Shown here: positions 24,916-39,154 of the stretch, one piece after another
Numbering within the stretch: position 1 is the first letter of the stretch
Layout of the letters: the number at the start of each line of letters is the position of its first letter
Source of the DNA: Eledone cirrhosa
Taxonomy: Eukaryota
Reading direction: 5' to 3'
Assembly: GCA_964016885.1 (NCBI GenBank)
Contig: OZ024742.1
Coordinates: forward strand, 350,362,001-350,426,000
Length of the DNA stretch: 64,000 bases
Translations under genes and position numbers: made by a program
The notes under the pieces: model-generated
Seen by the model: the letters and a program-made list of their open reading frames with translations, nothing else
What the model was told of the DNA's origin: nothing
Databases searched by the model: none

Positions 24916-26138
24916 TATATGTGTATGAGTGTTTATATATGAGTGTGTGTACATGTATGAGTGTGTGCATACACACACATATATATATATGGATATAGGT
25001 GTGTATGTATAAATATAGATATGTATAAATATATGTGTATATGATTATTGCACATGTGTGTGTACATGTATGAGTGTGTACATACACATATATATGTATA
25101 TATGTGGGTATAGGTGTGTATGTGTAAATATAGATATGTATAAATATATGTGTATATGATTATGTGCACATGTGTAAATGTGTATTTATGTTTGCATCTA
25201 TTTATGCGTATGTATATTTTTAGTTGGGTATCAATGTAAATATACCTCTCTATATATAGTGTGGATATATGCACTTTGTGATCTATGAAATTTATGCGTT
25301 TTGACTATGTCAACATGTATTTATCTGAGTTTCATTATTTATACATAAACATACTTGATAGTATTTTAGCGCGTATCATACGCTGTATTATGCTAAGTGA
25401 AATTTACCACACCGTACTATATTGTGTTAGTTATATTATATTATTGCTTTACTGTATTTCATTATCTTATTATAATTTTCATCTTTTAATATACTATATT
25501 TCCTAGCCATCACCTCAATTTATATTCACCTAAAAACCCCATACAATACTAATCATCATTATATTTTTACATTCCTTTTAAACTTCTCTATACCAGATAC
25601 ATTCAACTATCAATTTGACAATTCCTTTCCTCCTAATAGATTTTTTTATGGCAATTCTATTATTAACACCATTCAACCATTCCTTTCAAAGGGTCATGAC
25701 CTCAACTAAAGTGAATTACTTTTCATCTTAACATCATATGAACAAAACAATTTGATTGGTTAGTTCTTCAACTACCACCAAATAAAGACAAGATACTAAC
25801 ATACTACTAATTCTGAATAAAATTATTATTGCTTTTGAAAACAGTTGGTGATATGCATGTAAGTAAATATTATCTTTATCTGATATTTTGTAACTAACTT
25901 TACATAGATCAATAACGAAGTATAGCTACAATGTATTATCTTCACCTAGAAACGACCATAAAGCAGTGAAGTATATCTCTAATGACTTGATTTTTTAATT
26001 CATTGTTTTAACTTATATCATGACTGTTTTCCTTTTAATGCTTTATTGTTTTCCGGGATTTTACCTACAACATTTTCAACATATGAATTACATTGAGTTC
26101 TTCATGCAGAATAGATCCCACAACTTACCGTGGATATC

Positions 26139-26204
<66 letters not shown>

Positions 26205-26319
26205 ATTCACCATACCGAGAACAATGGTGAACTAACTGTTGTGTTACTACTTCTACCAAACTCATCCCAGGGACTGAGTGCTCTACCACTACGGATATTA
26301 CCTTCCAGTATTCTACCCC

Positions 26320-26440
<121 letters not shown>

Positions 26441-26447
26441 TTGATAG

Positions 26448-26480
<33 letters not shown>

Positions 26481-28304
26481 TTGATAGATATATAGATAGA
26501 TAGAGAGAGAGAGACACACACACACACTTTAAACAATCACGACCACTCCATGGTTCTCTCAAACAATATGTATCTAAAACTACAATATCGACTGTTCCTT
26601 CTCATTTTTACAGAGAGTTGGCTGTATTATGAAGAAATCTTCGCTGCTTTTATTAGCACATCTAGTGCCGCCGTGGAACCATTCTTCTTATATTAACAAA
26701 ATTATAAAACATGGTAGATTCAATTTATTGAAGACATCTTCCATAAATGTGCTTCTTGGTTAGGTTAAACATTACTATTTAATTTCTTGTTACACCAAAG
26801 ATACGCAGCATGGTGAACTGTTTAAGAAGTTCACCTCGCATCTTAGACAAGTGTTATGTACCATAACCGTGAGTCGATTGATGCATTATGGGTGAAATTT
26901 GGTTGACAAAAACTGTTTGGAAGCCTGAAATTCAAAAGGGCCAGCCATGTTACATATTGTGTCACTCTGAATCTCCCTGAGAATTACATTAACGGTATAC
27001 GTGTCTTTGGAATGCTCAGTCACTTGCAGGCTGATTTCATGTCCAGGCTGTTCAATTGATCGAACAAATAGAATATTCATCGTTGAAATAGACGGAGGTC
27101 CATCGATATCTCGACATCAATGGTTTGCATAATTACAGCTGTTGTTCGTGTTCTGCCAAAAGTAAGTAAAATCTCTGCGACAATCATTCTTCATATACTA
27201 AAGTAAAATGGAGACTGAAAAGAACTGTAATCCATTAGTGTAGTGTGATAATACAGACATTATATTTGTAAAACTTTTGTAAATTAAAAAAAAATACATA
27301 CTTCTGTTCGTCATCTGACAAATATAAAAATAGTCCAATCTATGACTAAACAAAAAAGTAGATAACATTACATCGAATCCTGTTATGTTTTGATGACTAA
27401 TGTTCTTCATTTTGACAAATTAATTCCGTCTATTTTGACGGGTTGACATCTCTGGTTTGATCATGTTTGATTTATGCTGTGTTTATTTGATTTCAACGGT
27501 GTTATATTTGAATAGAATGTTGGTAAATTGTTTCCAAAAATCAACGCCTAATGTATCATGCTTTGTGTCATGAAACTTAGATTTAAAGAATAGCTGAACC
27601 AACCAATGGTTTTGCGTATTTCTTCTGTGACTCTCCTCTTAAGCAAAATGATTAATATTCTGCAAACTTCTAATATATCTGTATTTACGAGAGTGACAAA
27701 TGATGGTGTTCTTAATCGACTTTTGATTCGACAATGTTGAACTTTTGCTTGCGCATTTATTTTCTTTCTATTTCCGTTGTAGACCTAGTTAAGTTTTCAG
27801 AGGAGAATCACTCATATCTTTTGGCAGATTGAGCTGTAGCTTAAAAGTAAGTTAACATGATAGTGATCAATAGTAGAAAAAACCGTTAATGATATGTCCT
27901 ATAATCTGTTAATAGCTTTTGGTATGTTGATATGAAGTATTATCACTTCTGATATCATCTAAACCTAATGCCATATGTCCTCTCAGTCAGTAATCAGTTA
28001 TACGTAGCTGATGGACGAGGATTGATCGGCTGCAGGCTTAAATAGCATACGACATTGTGATTAGGTTAAATGAGTTTTAAAAGTTAATAGAGGGGTGGAA
28101 GCAATAACGTTCTCCGATTATTAGATTAAATAATGGAGGTAATCAATGAGATATTAATTCGGTCTTTAAGCGTGTTTCTTATTTAATATGGAATTAATAA
28201 AGTAAGACTCTAAACAAAGAGAGTTATAAATAATATATTGTCATATAGCACTACAAATAAACAAGTATGGCAGTAAGTACTTAATACGTGATTACTTCTG
28301 AGGC

Positions 28305-28598
28305 TGGCCTTGTGGTTAGGGCATTCAGCTCACAATCGTAAGATCGTCAGTTCGATTCCCAGCGGGGTGTTGTGTCCTTGAGCAAGAAACTTTTCACATT
28401 GCCCCAGTCTACTTAGCTGACAAAAATGAGTTGTACCTGTAATTCGAGGGTCAGCCATGTCACATTCTGTGTCACGATGAATCTCCCTGAGGACTACGTG
28501 AAGGGTACGCATGTTGTTGACATTCTCAGCCACTTGCAGGTTGTTCCGTTGACCGGATCAAACTGAAACACTAATCGTCATAACTGACGGAGTACCGC
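28305..28598 (+). mobile_element. tRNA-derived SINE (family B, CORE/V-like centre)
   Basis: A box tggccttgtggttag, B box gttcgattcc, centre tgtgtccttgagcaag; TSD tac[t/a]tctgaggc. The 3' part recurs at about 26925-27100. Confidence 0.85.
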
Positions 28599-28763
28599 TA
28601 CATCTGAGGCCAGACAGGATCAATACGAAAGACATTGATATTCACATATAACACGAAGCACACCAATTATAAATATGTGGTGTATCTATATAACTAATTG
28701 TATAGTATACCAGTACCCACATGGTCAGTATTTTAATTAAACTTTCACTAGTATTATAATAAT

Positions 28764-29740
28764 GGGTTCTTATATAGGGACAATGCCAGCAATTTTGGGG
28801 GAGGGGAAAGTCGATTATATCGACCACAGTGCATTACTGGTACATTATTTTATCGACCTCGTAAGGATGAAAGGCAAAGTTAACCTCGGTAGGATTTGAA
28901 CTCAGAACATAAAGGACCGTAACTCTTTGCTGCAAAGCATGGCATCCGACCCTCTACCGATACTGCCAATCCATCGACATCACTAGTATTATAATAATTG
29001 TTTCTATTTTTGCACAAGGCCAGCAATTACTCAGTGTATTACTGGTACTTTATTTTATCGACCCCGTAAGGATGAAAGCAAAGTTAACCTCGGCGGGATT
29101 ATAATAATTGTTTCTACTTTTGGCACAAGGCCAGCAATTATCCCAGTGTATTACTGGTACTTTATTTTATCGACCCGGTAAGGATGAAAGGCAAAGTTAA
29201 CCTCGGCGGGATTTGACCTCAGTCCGTAAAGGGACGTAACTGTGCTGAAAAGCATGGCGTCCGACCTTCTATCGATACTGCCAATTCACCGCCCTCAGCG
29301 GGATTATAATAATTGTTTCTACTTTAGGCACAAGGCCAGCAAATACCCAGTGCATTACTGGTACTTTATTTTATCGACCCGTTAAGGATGAAAGGCAAAG
29401 TCCACCTCGGCGGAATTTGAACTGAAATCGTAAAGGGACGTAACTATGCTGGAAAGCATGGCGTCCGACCGTCTACCGATACTGCCAATTCACGGCCCAG
29501 GGATTATAATAATGAATGATGTTTAGATTGGCAGTATCGGTAGACGGTCGGACGCCATGCTTTGCAGCTTACAGTTACGGCCCTTTATGATCTGAGTTCA
29601 AATCCCGCCGAGGTTAACTTTGCCTTTCATCCTTACGGGGTCGATAAAATAAAGTACCACTCACGCACTGGGGTCAATTTAATCGACTTTCCCCTCCGCC
29701 AAAATTGCTGGCCTTGTGCCTATATAAGAAACCGTTATTA
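28764..29740. mobile_element. Cluster of five family-A SINEs (four on the minus strand, one on the plus strand)
   Basis: Copies at about 28764-28980, 28999-29098, 29109-29297, 29314-29499 (-) and 29525-29740 (+), with nested TSDs ending in attataataat. Confidence 0.93.
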
Positions 29741-30059
29741 GAATTTAATGTAAAACGACACCAATCTGAACGTCACACATATTTATACATTTATTACATC
29801 AACTAATCCTCTCATATTATCATTGTTTATTAAACTAAATTATACAACATATTATATTCTGTTTTTTTAATCTACTTCCTACACATGAAATTATATAATA
29901 TATTGTATGTTGCACCCCTTTGTATATACAGTCACCCAACGTAAGGAATTTGATGTCTTTCTTTAGCCTCACGTTAGACTTAGAAAGAGTTATTGTTAAA
30001 ATCATTCCTCTTATGACTAAGCTATTTCTTTCTTCATTAGAACTGTACAGCATTCGGTC

Positions 30060-30345
30060 ATCAAAAGAATGGAGGTAGGCGTAAAAGCCACATTCGCTAT
30101 CTTCAATTCGGTATTCATTCCAACCCTTTCCTATGGTGATGAATCTTGTGTAGTGATCAAAAGAATACGATCATGAATGAAATGGGATTCCTCCGAAGGG
30201 TCTTTGGCATAACGTTACTCGATAGACTGCGTTCCTCGGAGATCAGAGACTCACTTCAGGCAGAGCCGTTACTTCACCAATTTGAGATATTACAGCTGAG
30301 ATGCTATAGGCATGGGGTTAGAATGTCTCAAGAAAGAATAGCTTA
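30060..30345 (+). pseudogene. RTE-clade LINE ORF C-terminal fragment
   Basis: IFNSVFIPTLSYG.ES...EMGFLRRVFGITLLDRLRSSEIR..L..EPLL......QLR.Y.H..RM. Confidence 0.8.
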
Positions 30346-30953
30346 CATTTTCAGTAAAAATACAAGTATAATTTGTACACCAGTTATCTAAAACCAGTCT
30401 CGATATTGATTTGCTTTCATATAAGTTATCAATACGTTACATACCCAGAATATTTACCATATTTCTACAAAGTCAAGGACACGTACTGCATATCTTTATA
30501 TATTACAATCTAAAACAAATCATTATATAACAAATTATTAGTAATTTGATTTGATAAATAAAACTAAACTACATTTTAAATATTATATTATAACATTTAA
30601 AAAAATTTAATAATTACCTGATTAAAAATTTAATAATTACCTGATTAAAAAAAACTTCTATAACCAAAACAACAAACACCTAACAAGTTAAACATTTAAA
30701 TCTCTAAAACCAGTTCTAAGAAGTAAAAATTAATAGTACACTAATTTACATATGTCTATATTACAAAATAAAAATAAAAATCCCAGTATCTCTAATTATT
30801 TTCTGATACTTAAATAAAATAATATATATTTAATAGAAAAAAGGAAAATTACATACCCAGAGGCACAATTTGTTATAATACCAGCAGCACAGACACCAGT
30901 ATTTTATTTTATAAAAAAAATTAAACATTATTAAAATATTATCTATTCCATAA

Positions 30954-31175
30954 AAGGATCGATTGACTTCCGCAAAATCGGACCGAGGAAATAACGTTTC
31001 CGTCGGTCTTTCCAATTACAAATACTATCTATCGGTCGCAACTCCAGGTAGAAGGAGCAACATGAAATAAAGTGTCTTGCACAAGGACACAACGCATCGC
31101 CCGGTCCAGGAATCGAACTCACAACCTCAAGGTTGTGGATCCAATTCTCTAACCACTCAGCCACACACCTTCACT
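30954..31175 (-). mobile_element. tRNA-derived SINE (head related to family B, different tail)
   Basis: Minus strand tggctgagtggttag...gagttcgattcc...tgtgtccttgtgcaagacac; TSD tctattccataa at 30942-30953 and 31176-31187. Confidence 0.85.
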
Positions 31176-31444
31176 TCTATTCCATAATGTGTCTGAAATC
31201 AACTCCGATTGTATAGAAACAACATTTCGTCCGCTGCAATCAAGACTATAGATAGAAATTATGATATGAAATAAGAATATAATTCAATAATTAAATTTGA
31301 TATCATTTGTGGTGTTTTGGGGCAATGAGGGAACTTCCGTGATATTAAGTGACTCGCTAAAAATAGCATCTAAACATCCTTTAGATTACATGTTATTCTA
31401 TGGGAAAAGGTATTAACACATACGATAATGTAGTCGTAAATAAT

Positions 31445-31672
31445 TGTTTCTTCTTTTGGCACAAGGCCAGCAATTATCCCAGTGTATTACTGGTACTTTA
31501 TTTTATCGACCCCGTAAGGATGAAAGGCAAAGTTAACCTCGGCGGGATATGAATGTAGTAATAAATAATTGTTTCTACTTTTAAGCACAAGGCCAGCAAA
31601 TACCAGTACATTACTGGTACTTTATTTTATCGACCCCGTAAGGATGAAAGGCAAAGTTAACCTCGGCGGGAA
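31445..31672 (-). mobile_element. Two tandem 5'-truncated family-A SINEs
   Basis: Two copies of tgtttct...gcacaaggccagcaa...ttaacctcggcggga; the first is flanked by an aatgtagt..taaataat duplication. Confidence 0.88.
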
Positions 31673-32621
31673 TCAGAATAAAACATGTGATGGTCATAGG
31701 TGAAACGCCTTTGACCAGGTCACTGCTAACTCCTGGGGTTGCAGTCACATGCACCAATTCACCATCTAGTGGTATTTTAACCAGTGATTGGACTCATGAT
31801 CACTGTCTCGGTTTGCAGTAAGATAATCAACAAAAATCATACCAAATATAGTACCGAGCTACTGTAGGGAACCATTTCATGTTGAAAGTCACATTAACTT
31901 GTAATATAATAAGACCACATTCAAGAAACTATAATATTATGTGATCTACAAAATGTTTTAATTCTGGCTGTCAGTCGGGTTTATTTCGTCGAATGTTCTG
32001 TTACTCTTTTATATTTAAATTACATTCATCCTATGGTTAAAATAAAAATAATAAGAGATATACACAAACATATCAATACAAATTAAAAACGTTTTGGAAA
32101 TATTTAATTCTTCCAAAAGGCCGCACAGGCAGAGAAGGTGGCAGGTTCTCCAACTCAAATGTATTGTAATATACTATATTCTGACACTTTTATCTGTAAT
32201 TTATTTTGTCTAATATATGGTAGATAATTACTTGTAAAGGGAAATAAGATACCACGTTTGGTATGGTGACATGGTTATCAATGTATCTCATGAATTAATG
32301 AATGAGAATTATGCACAAAAATATTAAATGTTATTTTATCAATCGCGTATCTGTAGTTAATTGGCCGCATATTATTTGTTGGTTAGACAACATACTATAT
32401 AAATGTCAGACACTTTCTTGAATACACGTGTGTATTACTTGAAATGGTTTGTAAATCAGTATTTTTAAAACAAAAAATGAAATCGACGTTGGTACTTAAA
32501 AATTAACATGTTGATTTAATCTTCACGAATCACAATTCTTTTTATTTGTAGGGGAGGCGAAATAGAACAGAGTAGTTAGAAACAAACATGGCGTCAAAGG
32601 TGATAAGCTGGAAGCTTACAT

Positions 32622-32849
32622 CGTAATCTACGGCATGCGACGTAATCTACAGGTTGCCACGCAATCTACGAGACGCCATGGAAATTACGGCATGCGACGT
32701 AATCTACGGGACACCGCGTAAATTACGGAAAGCCACGTAATCTACGGCATGGGACGTCATCTACGGCATGGGACGTAATCTACGGCATGGGACATAATCT
32801 ACGGCATGCGACGTAATCTACGGGTTGCCAAGTAATCTACAGGATACCA
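32622..32849. repeat. 19-bp minisatellite, about 12 diverged units
   Basis: Consensus cgtaatctacggcatg(c/g)ga. Confidence 0.9.
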
Positions 32850-34071
32850 CGAAGCTCACAAAATATTACATTTTGTTATATTTAATTAAAAATATTCTAT
32901 AATATTGCAAGAAACACCAACGTTTATATGTCGTAGAAATGGAAAGTACCATAAAATTCTTGGACAATGTTACCAATCATTTCAAGAATCCACTCATTTC
33001 AACAAATTATTTCTGACCATATACAAACCATATACAAGGTTGATGCTTTAATATCCTGAATAGCTAAAGTGGAAAGGCATAACGGGATTTCTGTATTTAT
33101 TTGATCCAGTTATTGGATTATATTTAATAAAACATGATAGAAGGGAACGTCATCCTGAACACGTGGTCCCATAATCTCACGTATTGTTGAGGTATCAGAG
33201 AATATTTCCTGTAGTATAGGATACACTATAGAATAAATACATAATGTGAAGCTAACAACACACTCATTGATTCTACAGCATGTTAGACTGGCATATCGTT
33301 GATCTGTGAAAATGCAGAAAAGTAAACTAAATATCGAGAGTTAAATATCTTGTTCATAGAGAATTGGTTATATGTTGATAACCTATCGATTCAGTCGTCT
33401 CTCTTTCCAAAGCTCTCGTATGTAACATAAATTATCATATTCGCCCATGCACTTCACATCCAATTTCACTAGAGGCAATAAGCTTATCCAACCATGTTCC
33501 TCATGATTGTAACCTTATACTGGTAATATGTGGTTGGGATATATTGATAATTGATTATACCATATATGCATATATAGTGATACAATATTCGATTTATTCA
33601 CTGGGAAATTAAATGAAGCTAAATATGTTGAATTTGATATTTACTGCATGACTGTACGTAATTATCGGTAACCATTAAAGATGCCTGGGATATGTGGCTA
33701 TGATGCCTTTCTCTGCGTTACCTATTTAATCAGAATGAAATAGGTAGGATAATAAATTGAATGCAATTTGCTGATTCGAATCCTTGGAATCTTCTAACTA
33801 TATTAGATTTAAATTGAATACAAACAAATATACAATATGTTTTCTAAACGTGGATGGCTTGAAAGAAACTAATAACCTGCTCAATGGTGGATATCTCTTT
33901 ATTGGCTTCTTTTGACACGATAGCTATCAGCCTTCCGAATTGAGATTTTGCGCTGTTTGCATCTCTCTCCAAAGTAATATAGGAGAGAAAGGGAAATGGA
34001 AGGAAAAGTAAAGGAGATCATCATTATTCTGTCCATCAGTGTTTCTATTCCTGATACTATCTATCAGTTTT

Positions 34072-34667
34072 AACTCCTGAGAGAAGAACAGAATGATGGT
34101 CAGATCCGGCAACTCCTGAGAGAAGAACAGAATTGATGGTCAGATCCGGCAACTCCTGAGAGAACAGAATTGATGGTCAAATCCGGCAACTCCTGAGAGA
34201 AGAACAGAATTGATGGTCAGATCCGGCAACTCCTGAGAGAAGAACAGAATTGATGGTCAGATCCGGCAACTCCTGAGAGAAGAACAGAATTGATGGTCAG
34301 ATCCGGCAACTCCTGAGAGAAGAACAGAATTGATGGTCAGATCCGGCAACTCCTGAGAGAAGAACAGAATTGATGGTCAGATCCGGCAACTCCTGAGAGA
34401 AGAACAGAATTGATGGTCAGATCCGGCAACTCCTGAGAGAAGAACAGAATTGATGGTCAGATCCGGCAACTTCTGAGAGAAGAACAGAATTGATGGTCAG
34501 ATCCGGCAACTCCTGAGAGGAGAACAGAATTGATGGTCAAATCCGGCAACTCCTGAGAGAAGAACAGAATTGATGGTCAGATCCGGCAACTCCTGAGAGA
34601 AGAACAGAATTGATGGTCAGATCCGGCAACTCCTGAGAGAAGAACAGAATTGATGGTCAGATCCGGC
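34072..34667. repeat. 40-bp minisatellite, 15 units, highly homogeneous
   Basis: Unit aactcctgagagaagaacagaattgatggtcagatccggc; units 1 and 3 carry small deletions. Confidence 0.96.
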
Positions 34668-34789
34668 AAAGCGAACTAAGTTTCTATTAATGTTTCTAAT
34701 GCTGGTACTTTCTGCCGCTATTACATAGCCAGAATATAGGAGTAATGAGATTATATCGATACCAGTATTTACTCATTTACCTGTCACAC

Positions 34790-35330
34790 AGCCATCCAGC
34801 TGAGGCCATGCTGGAGCACCGCCCTTGTTGCTTCACGTTCTATATCCAGCCTGCGTTGGCTGGCCAATGATCTTGGAGGGAGTTCGCTGCTGTTGCCCTT
34901 AGGTTACCTTCGTTCCGGACTGTGGGCTCATCTGGCATCCTGGATAGCAGAGTATGAAGATGTTTCTTGAAAATACCTACGTCCACACCATGAAGATCTC
35001 TAAAATTTCTTGGCAGCTTATTACAGAGTTGAGGGCCTTTGAACCCCAGGCTATTGACATATCTGTTCCTTATTCTAGATGTGAAAGACGGGATCTTTGG
35101 CACTACACAGTGATATGCTGTTCGGGGCTTGGTCCAGCTGTCGATGGCAAAGTTTGGTGCTAGTCCCTCCAGGATCTTTCATATGTATAAAACTGTGTAC
35201 CTCTCCCCTCTTCGCTCCTAGGAGTAGATTTTTAGTTCTTTTAACATCTCCCAGTAGTTCATCTCCTTCATCGTGGCAATCCATTTGGTGTAGCTTCACT
35301 GGATTGTTTGAAGCTCCGTGGTTAGTTTGA
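34790..35330 (-). mobile_element. CR1/L2-group LINE 3' fragment
   Basis: RYVNSLGFKGPQL.NKLP...RDL..VDVGIFKKHL...LSRMPDEPT......AANSL is homologous to the C-terminus of the 8841-9689 ORF. Confidence 0.8.
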
Positions 35331-35827
35331 CACTATCGACGATGGCAGAATAAGCTGACATTGAAGGTATTTATACTGAGATTCTAAGTAGTTTTTCAAT
35401 TCGCTAACAGCTCTGTCCACTGCCATTACAAAGACGTAGAACTGCAATACTAATATCAAACAATGGGTCACACTCAGAAGAATCCAAAGAATGACAGCTA
35501 GACAGGACAGTGAATGAATTCTGTTCATAAGGAAATTGGATCTCGAATCTACCATTTATCAACTTGAAGATCAGGAATAAAACGGAGAAAAGCAGCGACA
35601 AAGAGGTTTTTAACCACGAATAAAGAAATACATTCTATGATATATATATATATTAAGTAATTCTTCATTCATTTCCAATGCTAATTCCATGAACACATTG
35701 ATATTAAGTGCTGCATATTATGTAATCAATAATGTTTTGCTTTATACTACGAATTGAATGTTATATACAGTTATAAATAAACACATAAATACACACATAA
35801 ACACACACCCACACACACACTCATATA

Positions 35828-35858
<31 letters not shown>

Positions 35859-35922
35859 GTATTTATATGTGTATATATGTATATATATATACACATATGT
35901 ATATATATATATATATACACAC

Positions 35923-35953
<31 letters not shown>

Positions 35954-35995
35954 CATACATATACATATATATAATATATATATATATATATACTT

Positions 35996-36029
<34 letters not shown>

Positions 36030-36263
36030 GCATATATACATATTTTCACATATATATACATACATATATACATATATATATATATACACACATCTATATA
36101 TATACACACACATACATATATACATATATACATATATATATATATACATATATACACATATATATATACATATATACACACGTATATATATATACATATA
36201 TATATATGTATACATATATACACACACACACACACACAAACACGCACAAACACACACACACAT

Positions 36264-36297
<34 letters not shown>

Positions 36298-37671
36298 GAA
36301 TGTAACAGCAGTCTGATACAACGAAACAATAAAAACTACGAAACGTTCATATTATAATAACTACTTAACAACAAATGTTATTTTATTGTTACAGAAGAAG
36401 AAGGAAAAATATGTTTCTCGAATGTTATCGCATTGTCTGATGTAAATTTTAACACAATAATGTAAACACGAACATGTTTCCTCTCTATGAATACAACATA
36501 ATATCTATAAATCTAGTTTTTTTGCTACGTAAGTTGATAAGAGGTGAATGAAAATACATTGAAGAAAAGCAATGTTTGCATATATAGATTTTATATAATC
36601 TTTTTGTAAAACAATAGCATAACATATTATATATGTGAAACTGGCATAATAGAGTAATATAGCAACTAGTGGAAATAAAATGGGGGTAGAAAATAATATG
36701 TAACGTGAAATAGAAAAGTAAGAGAACAGAGAGAAAATAATAATAAAACTGCGAAGACATATGATTACAACATAGCAGTGAATCACTTGTAAAGTATTTC
36801 AATAGATATTATATACTTAGAAGGGGAAAGAGAGTGAGAGTGGGAGACATATGGGGGAGAGAGTCAGAGAGAAGGAGAGAGAGTGTCATATATATATATA
36901 TATATGGGGGAGAGAGAGTCAGAGATTCAGAGACAGATGTACATATATATATATATATATGGGGGAGAGAGTCAGAGAGAAGCAGGGGGGGGGGGTAGTC
37001 AGAGAGAAGCAGAGGCGGATGGGGAGTGAGATGCCTTGTCATCTTTTGTAGTCGATAAATAGATGATCCATGCCTGTTTACACAAATGTAATTAATTTCG
37101 ATACATTTTCTTTTATTTTGCCAAAATACGAATACCGAATGTTGTATAAAGTTAAGACAAAGAGGAATAAAGAAAGTTGTCTGACGACGGTGATGGGGGC
37201 GAGTGTAGAAGCATTGATAGAATAATGGGAATAAAACAGCGTTAGAAAAGCGGTTAAAACAGTCAAATGCCGTCAATAATGGTGTCGGGTAAATCAGTGG
37301 CTAGGAGTGTGTTGGCCGACAGAAGAGATAGGAAGAAAGAAATATAGGAAAAAAATGACCGAGACAAAATTACACAAACATCTTTTAACCTCTTCAGCTC
37401 TCAGACCGGCTGTAATTTCGCACAATTTAAGAGAAATATAAAATATGGCGCAAATTAGTTTGTAGTGTTATATTGCGGTAAGATTTACATGTCAGTATTG
37501 CAAGTACTCAATACGGGATATTACTGAATTCAATGTATCAAACCTTTAACGCATCATGACCATCCACAAGGAATTTAAACTGCGTCTTCTGAAGTGTTAC
37601 ACGTACGAGTTGCTGATATTGCCTTCAATAGATCCTATTAAACACACACAAAACCTCTCTCTCTCTCTCCC

Positions 37672-37839
<168 letters not shown>

Positions 37840-37907
37840 TATACTCTGTAAGAGCATAAAGTGCTCAACCAGCATAACGCCTATGGAAGCATCTTAGCTA
37901 CCATCAG

Positions 37908-37939
<32 letters not shown>

Positions 37940-38396
37940 CGATTAAATCAACCCAGTTTATTACTGGTACTTTATTTTATCGACCCCGTAATGATGAAAA
38001 GCAAAGCTAACCTCGACGGTATTTTAACTCAGAACGTAAATTCCAGGTAAGTATTTGCTGCAAAGCACGTTGTCAGACGCTCTAATATGCATTGTTATCA
38101 TACACACACAAACACAGACACACAGACATAGAGACACACACACAAACAGACACACAGGCACACACACACAGGCACACACACACATACACACACACACAGA
38201 CACACCCACATATATATGTATATATATATTAGTTAAGTGTGTAACTACAGTTACAGGCGGCGCGCCGTTGGAAGCAGTCAATGTTGTTACGAGGTCAGTC
38301 TGATGTTGGGTTGTATTCCGGAGTTACGGTGGGTGTAGTGTGCAGAATGCAAATAGATTCTAGTTTCACACATACATTCTGTCGCCCTCTCACTCT

Positions 38397-38453
<57 letters not shown>

Positions 38454-38856
38454 AGGAATGCTAATACAGTTTTACGATAAACGTAAAATTATTCAACGAA
38501 ATTAACGAACAGGTGGAGAGATGTATTTATTATTTATCTGTTTACCCTACATATTTGACTCTCTCTCATACACATACATGCATACACATACACACACACA
38601 TATATACACACATACACATACATACATACATAGACATATACAGCATAAAATAACTACATATACATATGTACATATTTAACTCAAAGCATAGGGATCCACA
38701 CACATAACATCCATCCCTGCACACACACACATACACACACGTACACACACCCCCAAACACCCACACACATCTTTGTCTAGTTGATGTCTAAATTCTATTG
38801 AAACAGTCTCGTGTCTATGTTAACAACGGACATAAATGGTAAAAACCCATGAAATA

Positions 38857-39050
38857 ATTGTTTCTACTTTTTGTTACAAGGCCACCAATTCATCAGTGTA
38901 TTACTGGTATTTTATTTTATCGACCCCGTAAGGATGAAAGGCAAAGTTAACCTCGGCGTGATTTGAATTCATATCATAAAGGGCCGTAACTCTTTGCTGT
39001 TAAAGCATAGCGTCCGACCCTCTACCGATACTGCCTATTAACCGCACTCG
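38857..39050 (-). mobile_element. Family-A SINE, near full length (a further remnant lies at about 37940-38090)
   Basis: Same body as the 28764-29740 copies. Confidence 0.85.
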
Positions 39051-39154
39051 CCAATGAAAACACAACGTATATACATACATACCTACACACACACACACAT
39101 ACATACATACATACCTATATATGCTTCGGTGTAGTTGTGTGGTTATATAGGACA

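Noticed and set aside
28305-31175. A-box/B-box sequences as tRNA genes
   Set aside because: They continue into SINE bodies flanked by TSDs, and no complete cloverleaf is evident.
34072-34667. CRISPR-like appearance of the 40-bp, 19-bp and 69-bp arrays
   Set aside because: The units are contiguous, with no unique spacers and no cas genes, and the context is eukaryotic.
37177-37280. CTGACGA motif as a hammerhead core
   Set aside because: No matching stem II, GAAA or stem I could be built.
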